DNA of 63,427 nucleotides from an uncultured Ruminococcus sp. Lineage in GTDB: Bacteria > Bacillota > Clostridia > Oscillospirales > CAG-272. This document shows positions 11,444 through 21,925 of this stretch, piece by piece (the stretch's first letter is position 1; each line of letters begins with the position of its first letter). Where the stretch lies: NCBI GenBank assembly GCA_964623635.1, contig CAZUUA010000010.1, positions 1 through 63,427 of the forward strand, written 5' to 3'. Position numbers and translations under genes: made by a program. The notes under the pieces were generated by a model. That model saw only the letters and a program-made list of their open reading frames with translations, was not told where the DNA came from and did no database searches.

Positions 11444-12699
11444 AGACGACACAGCAGATCATGGAGGACGCCAAGCGTGTGTGTCCTGCGCTGTCCATGA
11501 CCGATACAGAGACGAAAAACAAGGCGCTGCTTGCTATGGCAGATGCTCTGGTAGCCGGAACAGAGGCGATCCTGTGTGCCAACCACATCGATATGGACAA
11601 GGCACGAGGCAAGATCAGTGACGTGATGCTGGACCGGCTGGCGCTGACGAAAAACCGGATCGAAGCCATGGCAGAGGGCATTCGTGCGGTGGCTGACTTG
11701 CCGGATCCCTGCGGCCGTGTGCTGTTCTCCCATACCCGGGAAGACGGGCTGGACATCGAAAAAATCGCCGTTCCTCTGGGGGTCATCGCCATCATCTACG
11801 AGAGCCGACCCAATGTGACCTCCGATGCGGCGGCTCTGTGCATCAAGAGCGGCAACGGCTGTATCCTGCGCAGCGGCAAAGAAGCCTGGAACAGTGCCCA
11901 TGCCATCACTACGGCACTGCAGAATGGATTGAAAAAAGTGGGACTGGATCCGCTGCTGGTCCAGCTTGTGGAGGACACCACCAGAGAAAGCTCCTACGAA
12001 CTGATGCGTGGCGTAGGCTATATCGATCTGCTGATCCCACGAGGGGGTGCCGGACTGATCCGAGCCTGTGTGGACAATGCCAAGGTTCCCTGTATCGAGA
12101 CGGGCACCGGTATCTGCCATATCTACATCGACGGCAAGGCAGACCCGGACAAGGCGGTGTCGATCCTGGTGAACGCCAAGACCAGCCGACCTTCTGTGTG
12201 CAATGCGGCTGAGGTGTGCTTAGTGGATCGTGCCATTGCGCCGGTCGTGCTGCCCATGGTGAAAAAGGCACTGGTGGACGACCGCACGGAAGCTGGCAAG
12301 ATCCCGGTGGAGCTGCGGTTGGATCCTGTGGCGGCGGCGATCATTCCCGGTACACCGGCCGGCGAGAAGGATTTTGATACGGAATTTCTGGACTATATCT
12401 TAGCGGTGCAGGTGGTGGACGGCGTAGCGGATGCCGTAAACCATATCCGTCTTCACTCTACTCACCACAGCGAAGCCATCGTTACGGAAGACCCGGCTGC
12501 CGCTGCTACGTTCATCGCTGGTGTGGACAGTGCGGCGGTGTATGTGAATGCGTCTACCCGATTCACCGATGGAGGCGAATTCGGTCTGGGGTGCGAGATG
12601 GGCATTTCTACCCAAAAGCTCCACGCTCGAGGCCCCATGGGTCTGGCAGAGCTTTGCAGCTACAAATATATCATCACGGGCAATGGTCACGTGCGATAA
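11440..12699 (+). CDS. proA: Gamma-glutamyl phosphate reductase
   Basis: [29 protein letters not shown] and [12 protein letters not shown] motifs. Confidence 0.97.
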   Translation: MKTTQQIMEDAKRVCPALSMTDTETKNKALLAMADALVAGTEAILCANHIDMDKARGKISDVMLDRLALTKNRIEAMAEGIRAVADLPDPCGRVLFSHTREDGLDIEKIAVPLGVIAIIYESRPNVTSDAAALCIKSGNGCILRSGKEAWNSAHAITTALQNGLKKVGLDPLLVQLVEDTTRESSYELMRGVGYIDLLIPRGGAGLIRACVDNAKVPCIETGTGICHIYIDGKADPDKAVSILVNAKTSRPSVCNAAEVCLVDRAIAPVVLPMVKKALVDDRTEAGKIPVELRLDPVAAAIIPGTPAGEKDFDTEFLDYILAVQVVDGVADAVNHIRLHSTHHSEAIVTEDPAAAATFIAGVDSAAVYVNASTRFTDGGEFGLGCEMGISTQKLHARGPMGLAELCSYKYIITGNGHVR

Positions 12700-12708
12700 G
12701 GAAATCAG

Positions 12709-13530
12709 GTGAATAACATGACGATCGGATGTATTGGTGTAGGCAACATGGGTGGTGCGATCTGTACCGCCATCTGCCGCAGTGCTGTGGACAAAACGGT
12801 GCTGGTCTGCGATACGGACGGGGACAAAACAGAAGCGTTCCGGAAGAACTATGGCTGCGAACCGGTGGACAGCGTGACTCTGGCAAGCCGTGCCGACTGG
12901 ATCTTTTTGGGGATCAAGCCACAATATATGACATCGGTGACCGGAGAGATCAGCCAAATTTTGGCAAATCGTGTGAAGGCAGGAGAGCGCATCGTGGTGG
13001 TGACCATGGCGGCGGGACTGACCATTGCCCGGATCCGGGAGATGCTGGGTTGTTCCGTGCCGGTGATCCGCATGATGCCCAATATCCCGGCGGCGGTGGG
13101 ACAGGGCATGATCATGTACACCGGCGAAGGAGACGTGACCGAAGCGGAATTTGCCACGTTCACGGCACTGCTGGACAAGGCAGGACTGTTGGACAGACTG
13201 CCTGAAAACCTGATCGATGCAGGAACGGCGGTGTCCGGCTGCGGTCCGGCGTACCTGTGCCTGATCCTGGAAGCCATGGCCGACGGTGGTGTGGCCTGTG
13301 GACTGCCTCGTGCCAAAGCCATGACCTACGCTGCCCAGACGCTATTGGGTACGGCGGCCACGATTTTAGAGACCGGTAAGCATCCGGGTGTATTCAAGGA
13401 TGAAGTGACCAGCCCCGGCGGCTCCACCATCGCAGGGGTACGCAAAATGGAGGAAGCCGGTGTCCGTGGTGCCATGCTGGATGCGGTAATCGCTGCCTAC
13501 GAAAAGAATATCGAGCTTGGGAAAAAGTAA
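12709..13530 (+). CDS. proC: Pyrroline-5-carboxylate reductase
   Basis: GVGNMG, RMMPN, SGCGPAY and VTSPGGSTI motifs; start could be a few codons later. Confidence 0.96.
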   Translation: MNNMTIGCIGVGNMGGAICTAICRSAVDKTVLVCDTDGDKTEAFRKNYGCEPVDSVTLASRADWIFLGIKPQYMTSVTGEISQILANRVKAGERIVVVTMAAGLTIARIREMLGCSVPVIRMMPNIPAAVGQGMIMYTGEGDVTEAEFATFTALLDKAGLLDRLPENLIDAGTAVSGCGPAYLCLILEAMADGGVACGLPRAKAMTYAAQTLLGTAATILETGKHPGVFKDEVTSPGGSTIAGVRKMEEAGVRGAMLDAVIAAYEKNIELGKK

Positions 13531-13540
13531 CCTACGCAAC

Positions 13541-13596
13541 AAAAAACGGCTGCCAACGTATACCGGAAGGGTACACAGTTGGCAAGCCGTTTTTTT
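13541..13596. terminator. Bidirectional terminator between proC and potD
   Basis: A6-CGGC-TGCCAAC...GTTGGCA-A-GCCG-T7 inverted repeat. Confidence 0.8.
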
Positions 13597-13606
13597 ATTC
13601 GTTAGA

Positions 13607-14728
13607 TCATTTATCCGCCAGCAGGATCTCTTCCCACAGCTTTTCGTAGTAGGTACGGATGCTTTCGTCGATGTCGTGGAAGTATTCGGTGAAGGGCATC
13701 TTGTCGGCGGTGGGATACAGGATCTCACTCTGGTACAGGGAGTAGTCCGGGTCGGTAGTCACAGCGGTGTTGGGAGACGCATACCGGATGTATTCCGCAT
13801 TGGCCAGCGCCACCTCCGGCTCCAGCAGGAAGTTGATGTACAGCATAGCGGCGTCATAGTTCTGTGCATTCTTGGGTACCACGATGGAGTCCACAAAGAT
13901 GTTGGTGCCTTCCTTGGGGTACACGAACGCCAGATCCGGGTTGGTCTCGGCCATGGTCAGGTAGTCACCGGCATAGTAAGGCGCAATGGCAGCGTTGCCA
14001 GCCTCCATCTTGTTGAACACTTCGTCCATGACCCGACCCTGCAGTACACCGTTTTGTGCCTTCAGCTTTTCCGCAGCCCTGTCCCAATCGGCTTTGTCGG
14101 TGGAGTTTACGTCGATACCCAAAAGGAACTGGGCAATGGCGAAGGTGTCACGGGGATTGTTGAAGGTCAGGATGTTGTCGGCATACTTGGCATCCCACAT
14201 GATCTCCCAGCTATCGGGCGTACCTTCCACCATGGTGGTGTTGTAGATCAGTCCCACCATGCCCACGTTGTAGGGAACGGAATATGCGTCGGTGGGGTCA
14301 AAGTACAGCCCCTTGTACTGGTCGTCGATAAAGTGGTAGTTGTCGATCTTGGAATAGTCCAGAGGCTGGAGCATATCCTCGTTCATGAGCCGCTCGATCA
14401 TGTAATCGGAAGGGATCAGGATATCGTAGGACACAGCCTCGGACTTGATCTTGGAGTACATGGCCTCGTTGGATTCGTAGTTCATGTAGTTGACCTTGAT
14501 CCCGGTCAGCGCTTCAAAGGCGGCATTCACGTCCAAGGAACCTTCGGAGCCGTCGGAGATATATTCACCCCAGTTGAACACGTTCAGGGTCGTCCCGGCA
14601 TAGGCATCGGTGTAGGTCCCCACGGGATCGGTGATGGTGCTGTTTCCACCGCCGCAGGACGTAAGGGGAATGGTGACAAACAACGCAGCCATAACAGCTG
14701 CAAAATATTTTACCGTTCTATTTTTCAT
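13607..14728 (-). CDS. potD: Spermidine/putrescine ABC transporter substrate-binding lipoprotein
   Basis: Lipobox LTSC; NVFNWGEYI, YESNE and PSDYM motifs. Confidence 0.93.
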   Translation of the reverse strand: MKNRTVKYFAAVMAALFVTIPLTSCGGGNSTITDPVGTYTDAYAGTTLNVFNWGEYISDGSEGSLDVNAAFEALTGIKVNYMNYESNEAMYSKIKSEAVSYDILIPSDYMIERLMNEDMLQPLDYSKIDNYHFIDDQYKGLYFDPTDAYSVPYNVGMVGLIYNTTMVEGTPDSWEIMWDAKYADNILTFNNPRDTFAIAQFLLGIDVNSTDKADWDRAAEKLKAQNGVLQGRVMDEVFNKMEAGNAAIAPYYAGDYLTMAETNPDLAFVYPKEGTNIFVDSIVVPKNAQNYDAAMLYINFLLEPEVALANAEYIRYASPNTAVTTDPDYSLYQSEILYPTADKMPFTEYFHDIDESIRTYYEKLWEEILLADK

Positions 14729-14757
14729 GGAATATAGATCCTTTCGAATGTGTGGTT

Positions 14758-15561
14758 TTATCTTCCGTTTTTGCGATCCTGCTTGATCTGCCCCAGGTTC
14801 ACGATGAGGAGCAGTGCCAGCACAGCGAGAAAGATCAGGCTGGACAGGGCATACATATCCGGCTTTACGGTCTTTTTGGTCATGGCGAAGATCTTCAGCG
14901 GCAGGGTCTGAAAGTCGGAACCGGTGGTGTAATAGCTGATGACAAAGTCGTCCAGCGACATGGTGAAGGACATGATGAAGCCCGACAGGATCCCCGGCAC
15001 CACGGCAGGCAGCACCACCTTGAAGAAAGCGGAAAGCGGCGTGGAACCCAGATCCTGTGCTGCTTCAGACAAATGGGGGTCGGTCTGGTTCAGCTTGGGC
15101 AGCACGTTTAGGATCACGTAGGGCAGGTTGAAGGTCACGTGGGCGATCAACAGCGTCCAGAAGGACAGGGAATTGGCAGCACCCAGCAGTCGGCCCACAA
15201 AGACGAACAGCAGCATCATGGATACACCGGTCACGATCTCCGGCACCATCATGGGAATGTTGGTCACGGTCTTCAGCGTTTCCTTCCAGGCCTTGTTGCG
15301 GATGTGATACATATACACCGCCGCCGCCGTACCCAGGATCGTAGCGATCACCGCAGAGGCTATGGCAAGGATCAGCGTATTCTGCAGGGCCGTCATGGTG
15401 TCACGGGAAGAGAACAGCTCTCTGTACCATTTCAGGGAAAAGCCGGTGAATACACTGGTGGAGCGGCTCTCGTTGAAGGAGAAGAATACCATCACCAGAA
15501 GCGGCGCATAGAGGATGAGGTACACGATCCCCAAAAACAGATTTTGCAAGTTTTTTTTCAT
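14758..15561 (-). CDS. potC: Polyamine ABC permease
   Basis: EAAQDLG EAA loop; SLDDFVISYY motif. Confidence 0.92.
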   Translation of the reverse strand: MKKNLQNLFLGIVYLILYAPLLVMVFFSFNESRSTSVFTGFSLKWYRELFSSRDTMTALQNTLILAIASAVIATILGTAAAVYMYHIRNKAWKETLKTVTNIPMMVPEIVTGVSMMLLFVFVGRLLGAANSLSFWTLLIAHVTFNLPYVILNVLPKLNQTDPHLSEAAQDLGSTPLSAFFKVVLPAVVPGILSGFIMSFTMSLDDFVISYYTTGSDFQTLPLKIFAMTKKTVKPDMYALSSLIFLAVLALLLIVNLGQIKQDRKNGR

Positions 15562-15577
15562 GGCGATCTCCTCCTTC

Positions 15578-16396
15578 TTAAATAAGCAGGTCGTCATCCC
15601 CGGCGAACCGGTTCAGAATGACCATACTGATGAGAATGACTACCATCAGCACCAGAGACAACGAAGCACCCAGGTTGTAGTTGTAGGAGGTCTGCATCTG
15701 TCGTTCGATAGCGTCCCCGATCAGCAGCACCTTACCGCCACCCAGCTTCTGGGAGATGTAGAAGGTACTGACGGAGGGCACGAATACCATGGTAAAGCCG
15801 GAGATCACACCGGGCATGGACAGCGGCAGGATCACCCGACGCAGCTTGGACAGCGCACCGGAGCCCAGATCCTCAGCGGCCTCCAAAAGGCTCGGCTCGA
15901 TCTTGGACATAACGTTGTAGATCGGAATGATCATGTACGGAATGTAATTGTAGATCATACCAAAGATCACGGCCCCCGGCGTACCCACCAGCTTCAGCGG
16001 TTCGATGCCGAAAATGCCTAAGAGATTGTTGATGACCCCGTTCCGCTCTAAGATGTTCATCCAGGAATAGGTGCGGATCAGCAGGTTCATCCACATGGGC
16101 AGCATCACAAACATGATCAGGATCCGTTGTGCGGCAGCGCCTTTCCGGCTGATCACATAGGCCACCGGATAGGATACGGCCAGGCAGATCAGGGAAGCAA
16201 TGAGCGCATATTCAAAGGAAACCAAAAAGGTCTCTTTATAGTCTAACAGGGAGTGGATGTTGTCCATGGTGAAGGCGCCGGTCTTGTCGGTGAAGGCGTA
16301 GTACACCACGATGAACAGCGGTATGATGATGAACAGCGCAGCCCACACGATGTACGGAGCACCGGCGGCTCGCTGCAGCAGGGATTTCTTTGGCAT
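15578..16396 (-). CDS. potB: Polyamine ABC permease
   Basis: LPMWMNLLIRTYSW motif; EAAEDLG loop. Confidence 0.92.
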   Translation of the reverse strand: MPKKSLLQRAAGAPYIVWAALFIIIPLFIVVYYAFTDKTGAFTMDNIHSLLDYKETFLVSFEYALIASLICLAVSYPVAYVISRKGAAAQRILIMFVMLPMWMNLLIRTYSWMNILERNGVINNLLGIFGIEPLKLVGTPGAVIFGMIYNYIPYMIIPIYNVMSKIEPSLLEAAEDLGSGALSKLRRVILPLSMPGVISGFTMVFVPSVSTFYISQKLGGGKVLLIGDAIERQMQTSYNYNLGASLSLVLMVVILISMVILNRFAGDDDLLI

Positions 16397-16397
16397 A

Positions 16398-17543
16398 TCA
16401 CACCTCCACGTCTTCGGCGGGTGCATCCTCGTCGTCCAGTACGTTTAGGGTGTCGATCTCGTCGCTGTAGGAGCTGTAGTCGCCAAACTGTCCGGAATAC
16501 TTGGATTTCTTCATGACATGGATGGCATCCGGTTCGATGAACAGTCCTACCTCTTCGTCCACCTTGTGTTCGTCCGTGGTCTGGATCATCCACTTGAAGC
16601 CGTTGATATCTACGATGATCTCAAAGTGTACGCCTAAGAAGGTGACAGAGGTGACCGTACCTTTGAGCATTCCCTTGTCCGGCGAGACGATATCCACGTC
16701 TTCCGGCCGGATCACCACGTCCACTTCCTCATTGGGTGCAAACCCGGCATCCAGACAAGCGAAGGTGTGTCCGGCAAAGGCGGCCGTGTAGTCGGCCTTC
16801 ATGACGCCGTCGATGATGTTGGACTCCCCAATGAAGTCGGCAACAAAGGCGTTTTGGGGCTCGTTATAAATATCGATGGGCGAACCGATCTGCTGGATCT
16901 TGCCTTCGTTCATGACCACCACCGTGTCGGACATGGACAGCGCTTCCTCCTGGTCGTGGGTCACAAAGATGAAGGTGATCCCCATTTGCTTTTGGATATT
17001 TTTCAGTTCGTTCTGCATATCCTTCCGCAGCTTTAAGTCCAGGGCCGCCAACGGTTCGTCCAGCAGCAGTACCTTGGGACGGAGCACCAAAGCACGGGCA
17101 ATGGCGACTCTCTGCTGCTGTCCGCCGGAAAGACGGGACACGCCGCGCTTCTCGAAGCCCTGCAGGTTCACCAGTCGCAGCATTTCGGTGACACGCTCCT
17201 TGATCTCCGGCTCCGGCACCTTGCGTACACGAAGACCGTAGGCGATGTTCTCGAACACATTGTAGTGCGGAAACAAGGCGTAACGCTGAAAAATGGTGTT
17301 CACCTCACGCTTATGAGGTGGTACACCATGCATATTTTTGCCGCTGACGAACAGTTCACCGCTGTCAGGTTCCAGAAAACCGGCAATGATACGCAGGGTG
17401 GTGGTTTTCCCGCAGCCGGACGAACCCAGCAGCGTGACAAATTCTCCGTCTCGTATATTGAGACTCAGGTCGTCAAGCACCTTTTCCCCATCGAATTCTA
17501 CAGTGATGTTTTTCAGCGAAATCAGAATATTCTCTTTATCCAT
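16398..17543 (-). CDS. potA: Polyamine ABC ATPase
   Basis: Walker [18 protein letters not shown] signature, [16 protein letters not shown]. Confidence 0.95.
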   Translation of the reverse strand: MDKENILISLKNITVEFDGEKVLDDLSLNIRDGEFVTLLGSSGCGKTTTLRIIAGFLEPDSGELFVSGKNMHGVPPHKREVNTIFQRYALFPHYNVFENIAYGLRVRKVPEPEIKERVTEMLRLVNLQGFEKRGVSRLSGGQQQRVAIARALVLRPKVLLLDEPLAALDLKLRKDMQNELKNIQKQMGITFIFVTHDQEEALSMSDTVVVMNEGKIQQIGSPIDIYNEPQNAFVADFIGESNIIDGVMKADYTAAFAGHTFACLDAGFAPNEEVDVVIRPEDVDIVSPDKGMLKGTVTSVTFLGVHFEIIVDINGFKWMIQTTDEHKVDEEVGLFIEPDAIHVMKKSKYSGQFGDYSSYSDEIDTLNVLDDEDAPAEDVEV

Positions 17544-18030
17544 TTTTTGCATCCCCCTTTGCGGTAAAAGTACCACGTATAGCCGTATTACAGCTCTGCG
17601 CGAACCCACAACAAGGCTAACCGCAGCTCCCGCAAAGAGTGTCCTGCAAGCGATGACTGTCGTTTGCAGCTACGGTTTCTGGCCGGATGAAAAGGATCCG
17701 ACTGGTCTTCTAATCTTTTGCAAATCGCAAACGAATGAAAACTGCCAGGTGTGAACATCAAGACATATATTATATAAGGTGACGCCGCACAGTTCTGATG
17801 GTACAGCTACAAGCAGATGTGCCATCAAGGTGTTAGCCGTGAATTGTGTGGTGATGCCTTATGATCGGACGTGCTTTATGCTTTACGACCCGGCTACTGA
17901 CAAGGCCAGGACGTATATTTTGAGGCAGCCGTGATGTTTTTGAAGCCTGCTTTTCCTTTGCGAAACCACGCAGCAAGTTTTCGTTGCCACATGAGCAGAC
18001 CGTCAGCACAGATGCAAAAATCGTGCAATT
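17544..18030 (-). promoter_or_regulatory. Long structured 5' leader of potABCD (candidate cis-regulator)
   Basis: About 480 nt between promoter and start codon; CUCUUUGCGG can pair with the SD region CCGCAAAGGG; several hairpins and short ORFs. Confidence 0.55.
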
Positions 18031-18033
18031 ACA

Positions 18034-18062
18034 ATGATACAGCTTTTTTCACAAAATGTCAA
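18034..18062 (-). promoter_or_regulatory. Sigma-A promoter upstream of the pot leader
   Basis: TTGACA-17-TATCAT on the minus strand. Confidence 0.7.
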
Positions 18063-18177
18063 GATATTTTGCAAAATTCTCCGGATAGCGGATGTAGATT
18101 TATCGGCGTTTTTTGTTGGATTTTTGTGAATTTTGAATAAATATAAAATGGAACATACAGGACAGCGAAAAAACAGA

Positions 18178-18218
18178 AAGCATACCGGATATGGTACGCA
18201 CCTGTATCCGGTATGCTT
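18178..18218 (-). terminator. Terminator after the GH36 gene
   Basis: AAGCATACCGGATA...TATCCGGTATGCTT inverted repeat followed by a T-rich run on the minus strand. Confidence 0.75.
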
Positions 18219-18231
18219 GTTGATACTATGT

Positions 18232-20169
18232 TTAGTTCTGCCGGTCGTAGAAGAACAGACGAGAGTCCCGTGCCGTGTCGATCTGCACAGCAAAATGCTT
18301 CGCTTCGGCGCCGGTCATGGTGAAGGTCTCGCCGGTATCCGCATTGCGGAAGCAGTAGAGTGCTTCATCGGTCAGACCACCCAAGGACAGCACGGCGCTG
18401 TCGTGTACCGATTCCGGTCTGCGGAAGCACAGCAGGATCCCATCGTCCGCTGCCGGTCTGTGATACTGGTGGCAGCACCATACGTCGTCTCCGGTCGATT
18501 CGCTGGCAAGAGAATAGAAGTCCTCGGACAGATAGGGACGCACCTGCAGATATTCGTCCAAGATCGGACGCATGGCAGCGGTAGAGGCTTCGTCGATCTC
18601 CAGATAGGCGTACATCCAGGCTTCCGTGGTCATGGCAGGTCCGTAGCAGCTGCGGCTACGATACCAGTCGCCCGTCAGAACGCCAATACCGGTGCCGGAG
18701 TAAGGCATCCACTTGGCGATACCGGTGGTGTGGCACTGGGCAAATTCCGGTGGTGTATCGCCGGGGCACTGGGCATCGCTGCGCCACAGGGGAATGGAAC
18801 GGGACATCATCTCGATATCGTTTCGTCTGCCACCGGAGGCACAGTTGTCGATGTACAGCCCCGGATTGGCCGCCAGCAGACGATCCCACAGCCGGTACAG
18901 TCCCATGATGTGGCAGATCTCCCTTAGCCCGGCACGACCCGGTTCATCGTTGGCACGCCAGAAGGGAAGGGGATCGAAGTTGAAGTCCTGTCGATAGCAG
19001 CGCAGGTGCAGCTTCTTCACATATCCGTCCAGCATGGCAAAGGCTGCTTCCTCGGCTTCCGGATTACCCAGATCCAACAGCACGCTCCAGGAGTTGGGAT
19101 CGGTCTCCAAGAACCAATCCGGATGTTCCTTGTGCCAGTCGGAGTTACGGATGGAGCGTTCCGGCTCGAACCACAACAGCAGCGAATAGCCGTACTTTTC
19201 GGCGGCCTCTACCACAGTCTCAAAATTGTCCGGGTGACAGTGGGGATTGATGTTCCAGCTGCCGGTGTGCGTAGCCCAGTCGCCGACAAATTCGTTGATG
19301 CAGTCGCTTTCGCTGTGTCCGTACCAACCGGCATCGATCCAATAGGTGTCGGCCGGAATGTCATTGGCTCGCAGCTGCCGTAGCTTTTCAACCATTTGTT
19401 CGGAGGTCATGGCACCCCAAGCAGAGATGCACAGAGGACCCATATCGGGTGCGCCGTTTTTCCCCATGGGAGACAGCTCGTTTTTTACGAACCGGCGGAA
19501 GGCATTGTGTCCGGCGGCGCTGCCATGCTCATAGGGCACCACCACCGTAGACATGGTGCGGATGCTTTCTCCCGGATGCAGGTGAAAATCGGCGTAGGGC
19601 AGCGTGGTATCGATGGTCAGCACACCTTCGCCGTCCATCTGGAACCGAGCACCCCATTGTCCTGTCCAGCCAATGGCCAGAAGCAGTCCACGGTCGCCGT
19701 CCTCGATGGAGAAGTAGGGTGCCAGACCTTCGCAGCTGCGGCCGGTGTGGTTTTGGTATTCTCTGGTGTCACCGGGCGCCAACCGTTCCGGATAGGCGTT
19801 GTATTCGTCCTTGGCCCAATTGGAACCGGTGTGGTGGGACACATGGGCACAGTTCTGAGCCGGATACAGGTGCGGCGGTGCCGGGGTATAGCGAGTGTTC
19901 CAGCCGTCTGTGACCAGGTGACAGTCCCGTATCTCTCGGATCTGCTTGGTGTCGGTGGTGCCGTTGTTGGTGAAGTACAGCACCCAGCGCAGGGCCGGGT
20001 AGGTGGGATAGGCGGTCACGTGGGCCTGCACCGTCAGTCCATCGGGCAGCGCATAGGTGTACACGGTGGTGTCCCCATGGCTCTCCGTGGTACAGGTGGG
20101 TTTTTTGTCCCAAAAGGATGTGTCGCCGTAGGTGAAGGTGAAATACGGTCTATTTGGGTTCCAAAGCAT
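18232..20169 (-). CDS. GH36 alpha-galactosidase family
   Basis: WIDAGWY, LWFEPE, YRQDFN, NCASGGRR and WRSD motifs. Confidence 0.88.
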   Translation of the reverse strand: MLWNPNRPYFTFTYGDTSFWDKKPTCTTESHGDTTVYTYALPDGLTVQAHVTAYPTYPALRWVLYFTNNGTTDTKQIREIRDCHLVTDGWNTRYTPAPPHLYPAQNCAHVSHHTGSNWAKDEYNAYPERLAPGDTREYQNHTGRSCEGLAPYFSIEDGDRGLLLAIGWTGQWGARFQMDGEGVLTIDTTLPYADFHLHPGESIRTMSTVVVPYEHGSAAGHNAFRRFVKNELSPMGKNGAPDMGPLCISAWGAMTSEQMVEKLRQLRANDIPADTYWIDAGWYGHSESDCINEFVGDWATHTGSWNINPHCHPDNFETVVEAAEKYGYSLLLWFEPERSIRNSDWHKEHPDWFLETDPNSWSVLLDLGNPEAEEAAFAMLDGYVKKLHLRCYRQDFNFDPLPFWRANDEPGRAGLREICHIMGLYRLWDRLLAANPGLYIDNCASGGRRNDIEMMSRSIPLWRSDAQCPGDTPPEFAQCHTTGIAKWMPYSGTGIGVLTGDWYRSRSCYGPAMTTEAWMYAYLEIDEASTAAMRPILDEYLQVRPYLSEDFYSLASESTGDDVWCCHQYHRPAADDGILLCFRRPESVHDSAVLSLGGLTDEALYCFRNADTGETFTMTGAEAKHFAVQIDTARDSRLFFYDRQN

Positions 20170-20206
20170 GGTCGATCCTCCTTATCGGTATCGGTCGCAG
20201 TCTGTC

Positions 20207-21697
20207 TTAGCCCAGCTTGGCAAGCTTTTCCAGAGCATCGGCAATGGTCTTTTCGATCTTCTTTTGTACCGAAGCAGAGGTGGACGAGAAGCTGTCCTTG
20301 CCGGAGAGCAGCACGTTGTTGTATACGCAGCGCACGTCACCCTGCCATACGGTGTCACCCAGATCCAGGGTCGTGGTGGAGAATACCAGATCCAGCATTT
20401 CCGCACTGTCCGGGTCACGGGTGTATTTGTCCTTCAGCGCCACTTCCATGTAGGCCGGCAGCACCGAACGATAGCTTTCCTCTGCCAGTGCTTCTAAGAG
20501 CAGGCTGGTGTTTTCCAGTTCCAGATTGGTGGAAGGCACAACGTCCAGCCAGCCATCGATGATCCGGCTGTGGTAGCCATCCTGATCTTCGGTATACTTG
20601 GGAGCAGGCAGGATCCCGAAGTCGTCCTCCATTTCCCGAATGTGCTGGATGTTGGATACACCGGCTACATAGAACGCAGCGGCACCGGATTCAAAGATCT
20701 GTCGGCTGGTGACACGGCTCTTTTCGTCCTCACCATATTGGGAGAAGGCTTCACCTCTGTCCATGAAGGAGTCAAAATACAATCCATCTACGGTGCGTGT
20801 GCGGAGCATATCCTGCAACAGTCCGATGAGCGGTTCGTTTTGCCCTACGGTAAAGGTCGGCTGTCCGTCCACCATTTCGATCATGGTGAATCCGGCACCA
20901 AGCTCCAGTGTGGGATAGAAGAAGTCGTGCTCCGAGACGATACCCAATTGGTCGTTGTCCGATACGTCCCCGTCGCCGTCCAAGTCGATGATGGCAGCCT
21001 CTGCATTGGTCATGAACACGTCATAGGTCCAGGTGCCGTCTCGTACCATGCTGTAGGCGTCGGTACTGCATACGGTGTCCCAGATCTGCTTGTTGTACAG
21101 CACCAGGCAGGTCTGCTCATACAGGTTCAGGCACTCCGCACTGTACAGGATGTACTGCCGGTCGCCCAGGGTCATGGCATCGTTGACGGCCTGTACATAC
21201 CAGGGCTTGTCCGGTTGTACGTAGGGCAGCATATCCACCGGTGCCAGCATATTGTCCAAAGAGAGGGAAAAGGCATCTCGCTGGATCAGCATATTGAGCT
21301 GGTAGTCGTCACTGCCGGCCAGCACATAGAGCTTCATGGCATCGGTGGTCTCCCAGAAGTTGGGCAGTCCATCCTCCGCAAAGGACATATTGAACTTCTC
21401 ACCGATCTTCTGGTTCCGGGAATACAGGGCATCGTTGACGATCTCCCCGGTCAGCTCCTCGGGCTTGAAGCGTGTATTGACCGCATAGCTTTCGTTTTGG
21501 ATGGTCAATACCTTGCACACCCAGCCACCCATATCGGTATCAGGCAGGGTCGTTTGCCAGGTCGCTTCGGTCTCTGTTTCTGCCGTTGTCTCTGCAGAGG
21601 TGGTGTTTCCTGCGGTGGTCTCCGTGGTGGTACTCTGTCCGCAGCCGGTACACAGCAGTGCCATCAGCAGGAGTAGGATCATACAGCGCTTTTGCAT
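20207..21697 (-). CDS. Extracellular solute-binding lipoprotein (sugar ABC-type)
   Basis: Lipobox CTGC; Thr-rich linker; LPDTDMGG, DLDGDG loop and FGILPAPKY motifs. Confidence 0.85.
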   Translation of the reverse strand: MQKRCMILLLLMALLCTGCGQSTTTETTAGNTTSAETTAETETEATWQTTLPDTDMGGWVCKVLTIQNESYAVNTRFKPEELTGEIVNDALYSRNQKIGEKFNMSFAEDGLPNFWETTDAMKLYVLAGSDDYQLNMLIQRDAFSLSLDNMLAPVDMLPYVQPDKPWYVQAVNDAMTLGDRQYILYSAECLNLYEQTCLVLYNKQIWDTVCSTDAYSMVRDGTWTYDVFMTNAEAAIIDLDGDGDVSDNDQLGIVSEHDFFYPTLELGAGFTMIEMVDGQPTFTVGQNEPLIGLLQDMLRTRTVDGLYFDSFMDRGEAFSQYGEDEKSRVTSRQIFESGAAAFYVAGVSNIQHIREMEDDFGILPAPKYTEDQDGYHSRIIDGWLDVVPSTNLELENTSLLLEALAEESYRSVLPAYMEVALKDKYTRDPDSAEMLDLVFSTTTLDLGDTVWQGDVRCVYNNVLLSGKDSFSSTSASVQKKIEKTIADALEKLAKLG

Positions 21698-21860
21698 AAA
21701 AATACTTCCTTTTTGGTGAAATTTGTATGAATCGGAGTTCTGCCCACAGTATAGCACAAAATCCGGCATTTGTCAACTACAAATTACAAAATGTGTTTTT
21801 TTTTTGTATTTTGGCACACAAACAGAATCAAATGATAGGGCAGCGATGGTTTTCAATATC

Positions 21861-21889
21861 TTGACATTCCACAGATTCTATGCTATACT
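21861..21889 (+). promoter_or_regulatory. Sigma-A promoter (extended -10)
   Basis: TTGACA-17-TATACT with TG. Confidence 0.75.
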
Positions 21890-21925
21890 ATTTCCATCAA
21901 CATATGCAAAGTGAGGTCTATCCCC

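Noticed and set aside
17544-18030. SAM-I/spermidine riboswitch or T-box in the pot leader
   Set aside because: Their conserved core sequences were not recognisable by eye; kept only as an unknown leader
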